A stretch of 32,000 nucleotides of DNA from Edaphobacter aggregans (GTDB lineage Bacteria; Acidobacteriota; Terriglobia; Terriglobales; Acidobacteriaceae), in NCBI RefSeq assembly GCF_003945235.1, contig NZ_RSDW01000001.1, positions 3,660,001 to 3,692,000 on the forward strand. Direction: 5' to 3'. The translations under genes were made by a program, and so were the position numbers. The notes beneath the pieces were generated by a model that was not told the DNA's origin, made no database searches, and saw only the letters and a program-made list of their open reading frames with translations. Below, piece after piece: positions 31,808-32,000 of the stretch; position 1 is the first letter of the stretch, and the number at the start of each line of letters is the position of its first letter.

Positions 31808-32000
31808 CGAGCTTTCCTCTTCAGATAAGAACTTGTACTACGTAGATGTTTACTCCGTTACAGACCCATCTGGCACGATGCAGTATTTTCGCAACGGTTG
31901 CCGAGCTTCAGTCGGGAATAAACTGCGGCAGAAGTGGTGCTAACTCACCGGCGAAAAGTAGAGCGCGGTCCCGGGCGCTGGAGATTGGCTCGGACGGCAG

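Noticed and set aside
31908-32000. An open minus-strand frame at the right edge ending in TGA at 31908..31910 (…LPSEPISSARDRALLFAGELAPLLPQFIPD*), possibly the 3' end of a gene upstream of the TPR gene.
   Set aside because: Only 30 codons are visible and no motif is present, so it cannot be supported as a feature.
1-32000. Searched for mobile-element signatures (transposase/integrase ORFs, terminal inverted repeats, tRNA-adjacent att sites) to explain the low-GC core.
   Set aside because: None was recognised. Every large ORF has a biosynthetic or envelope-type assignment. The compositional shift alone is typical of polysaccharide loci and does not prove recent horizontal transfer.

Overview
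This is a bacterial chromosomal segment. The flanks are GC-rich and the envelope signals (lipoboxes, Wzx/Wzy) are Gram-negative-type. Lineage cannot be proven from sequence alone; Acidobacteriota-like is only a guess. About 27 kb (2997..31807) is one surface-polysaccharide (EPS/O-antigen-like) locus arranged in at least five transcription units. It holds a divergent UDP-HexNAc 6-dehydrogenase / 4-epimerase pair and eight glycosyltransferases (4 GT2-like, 4 GT4-like). It also holds a Wzx-type flippase, a Wzy/O-antigen-ligase-family polymerase and an extra polytopic GT-C/DUF2029-like membrane protein. Tailoring genes are two SAM methyltransferases, a hexapeptide acetyltransferase and a CE4 deacetylase, and a large TPR lipoprotein (PrsT-like) closes the locus. 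Embedded in it is the least explained element: two tandem paralogous lipoprotein genes (6767..9952, 9936..11717). They share a Cys-rich, probably beta-helix domain, and the first also carries an IPT/TIG domain plus four 270-bp in-frame Ig-like (He_PIG) repeats. A 1-kb AT-rich ORF-free region precedes them. The left edge (1..2459) is unrelated GC-rich DNA with a type III polyketide synthase, the N-terminus of a flavoprotein and a secreted helical protein of unknown function. I recognised no rRNA, tRNA, CRISPR array, transposase or integrase. No priming phosphoglycosyltransferase, Wza/Wzc-type exporter or exosortase lies in this window. All product calls come from motif recognition by eye; no database search was run.
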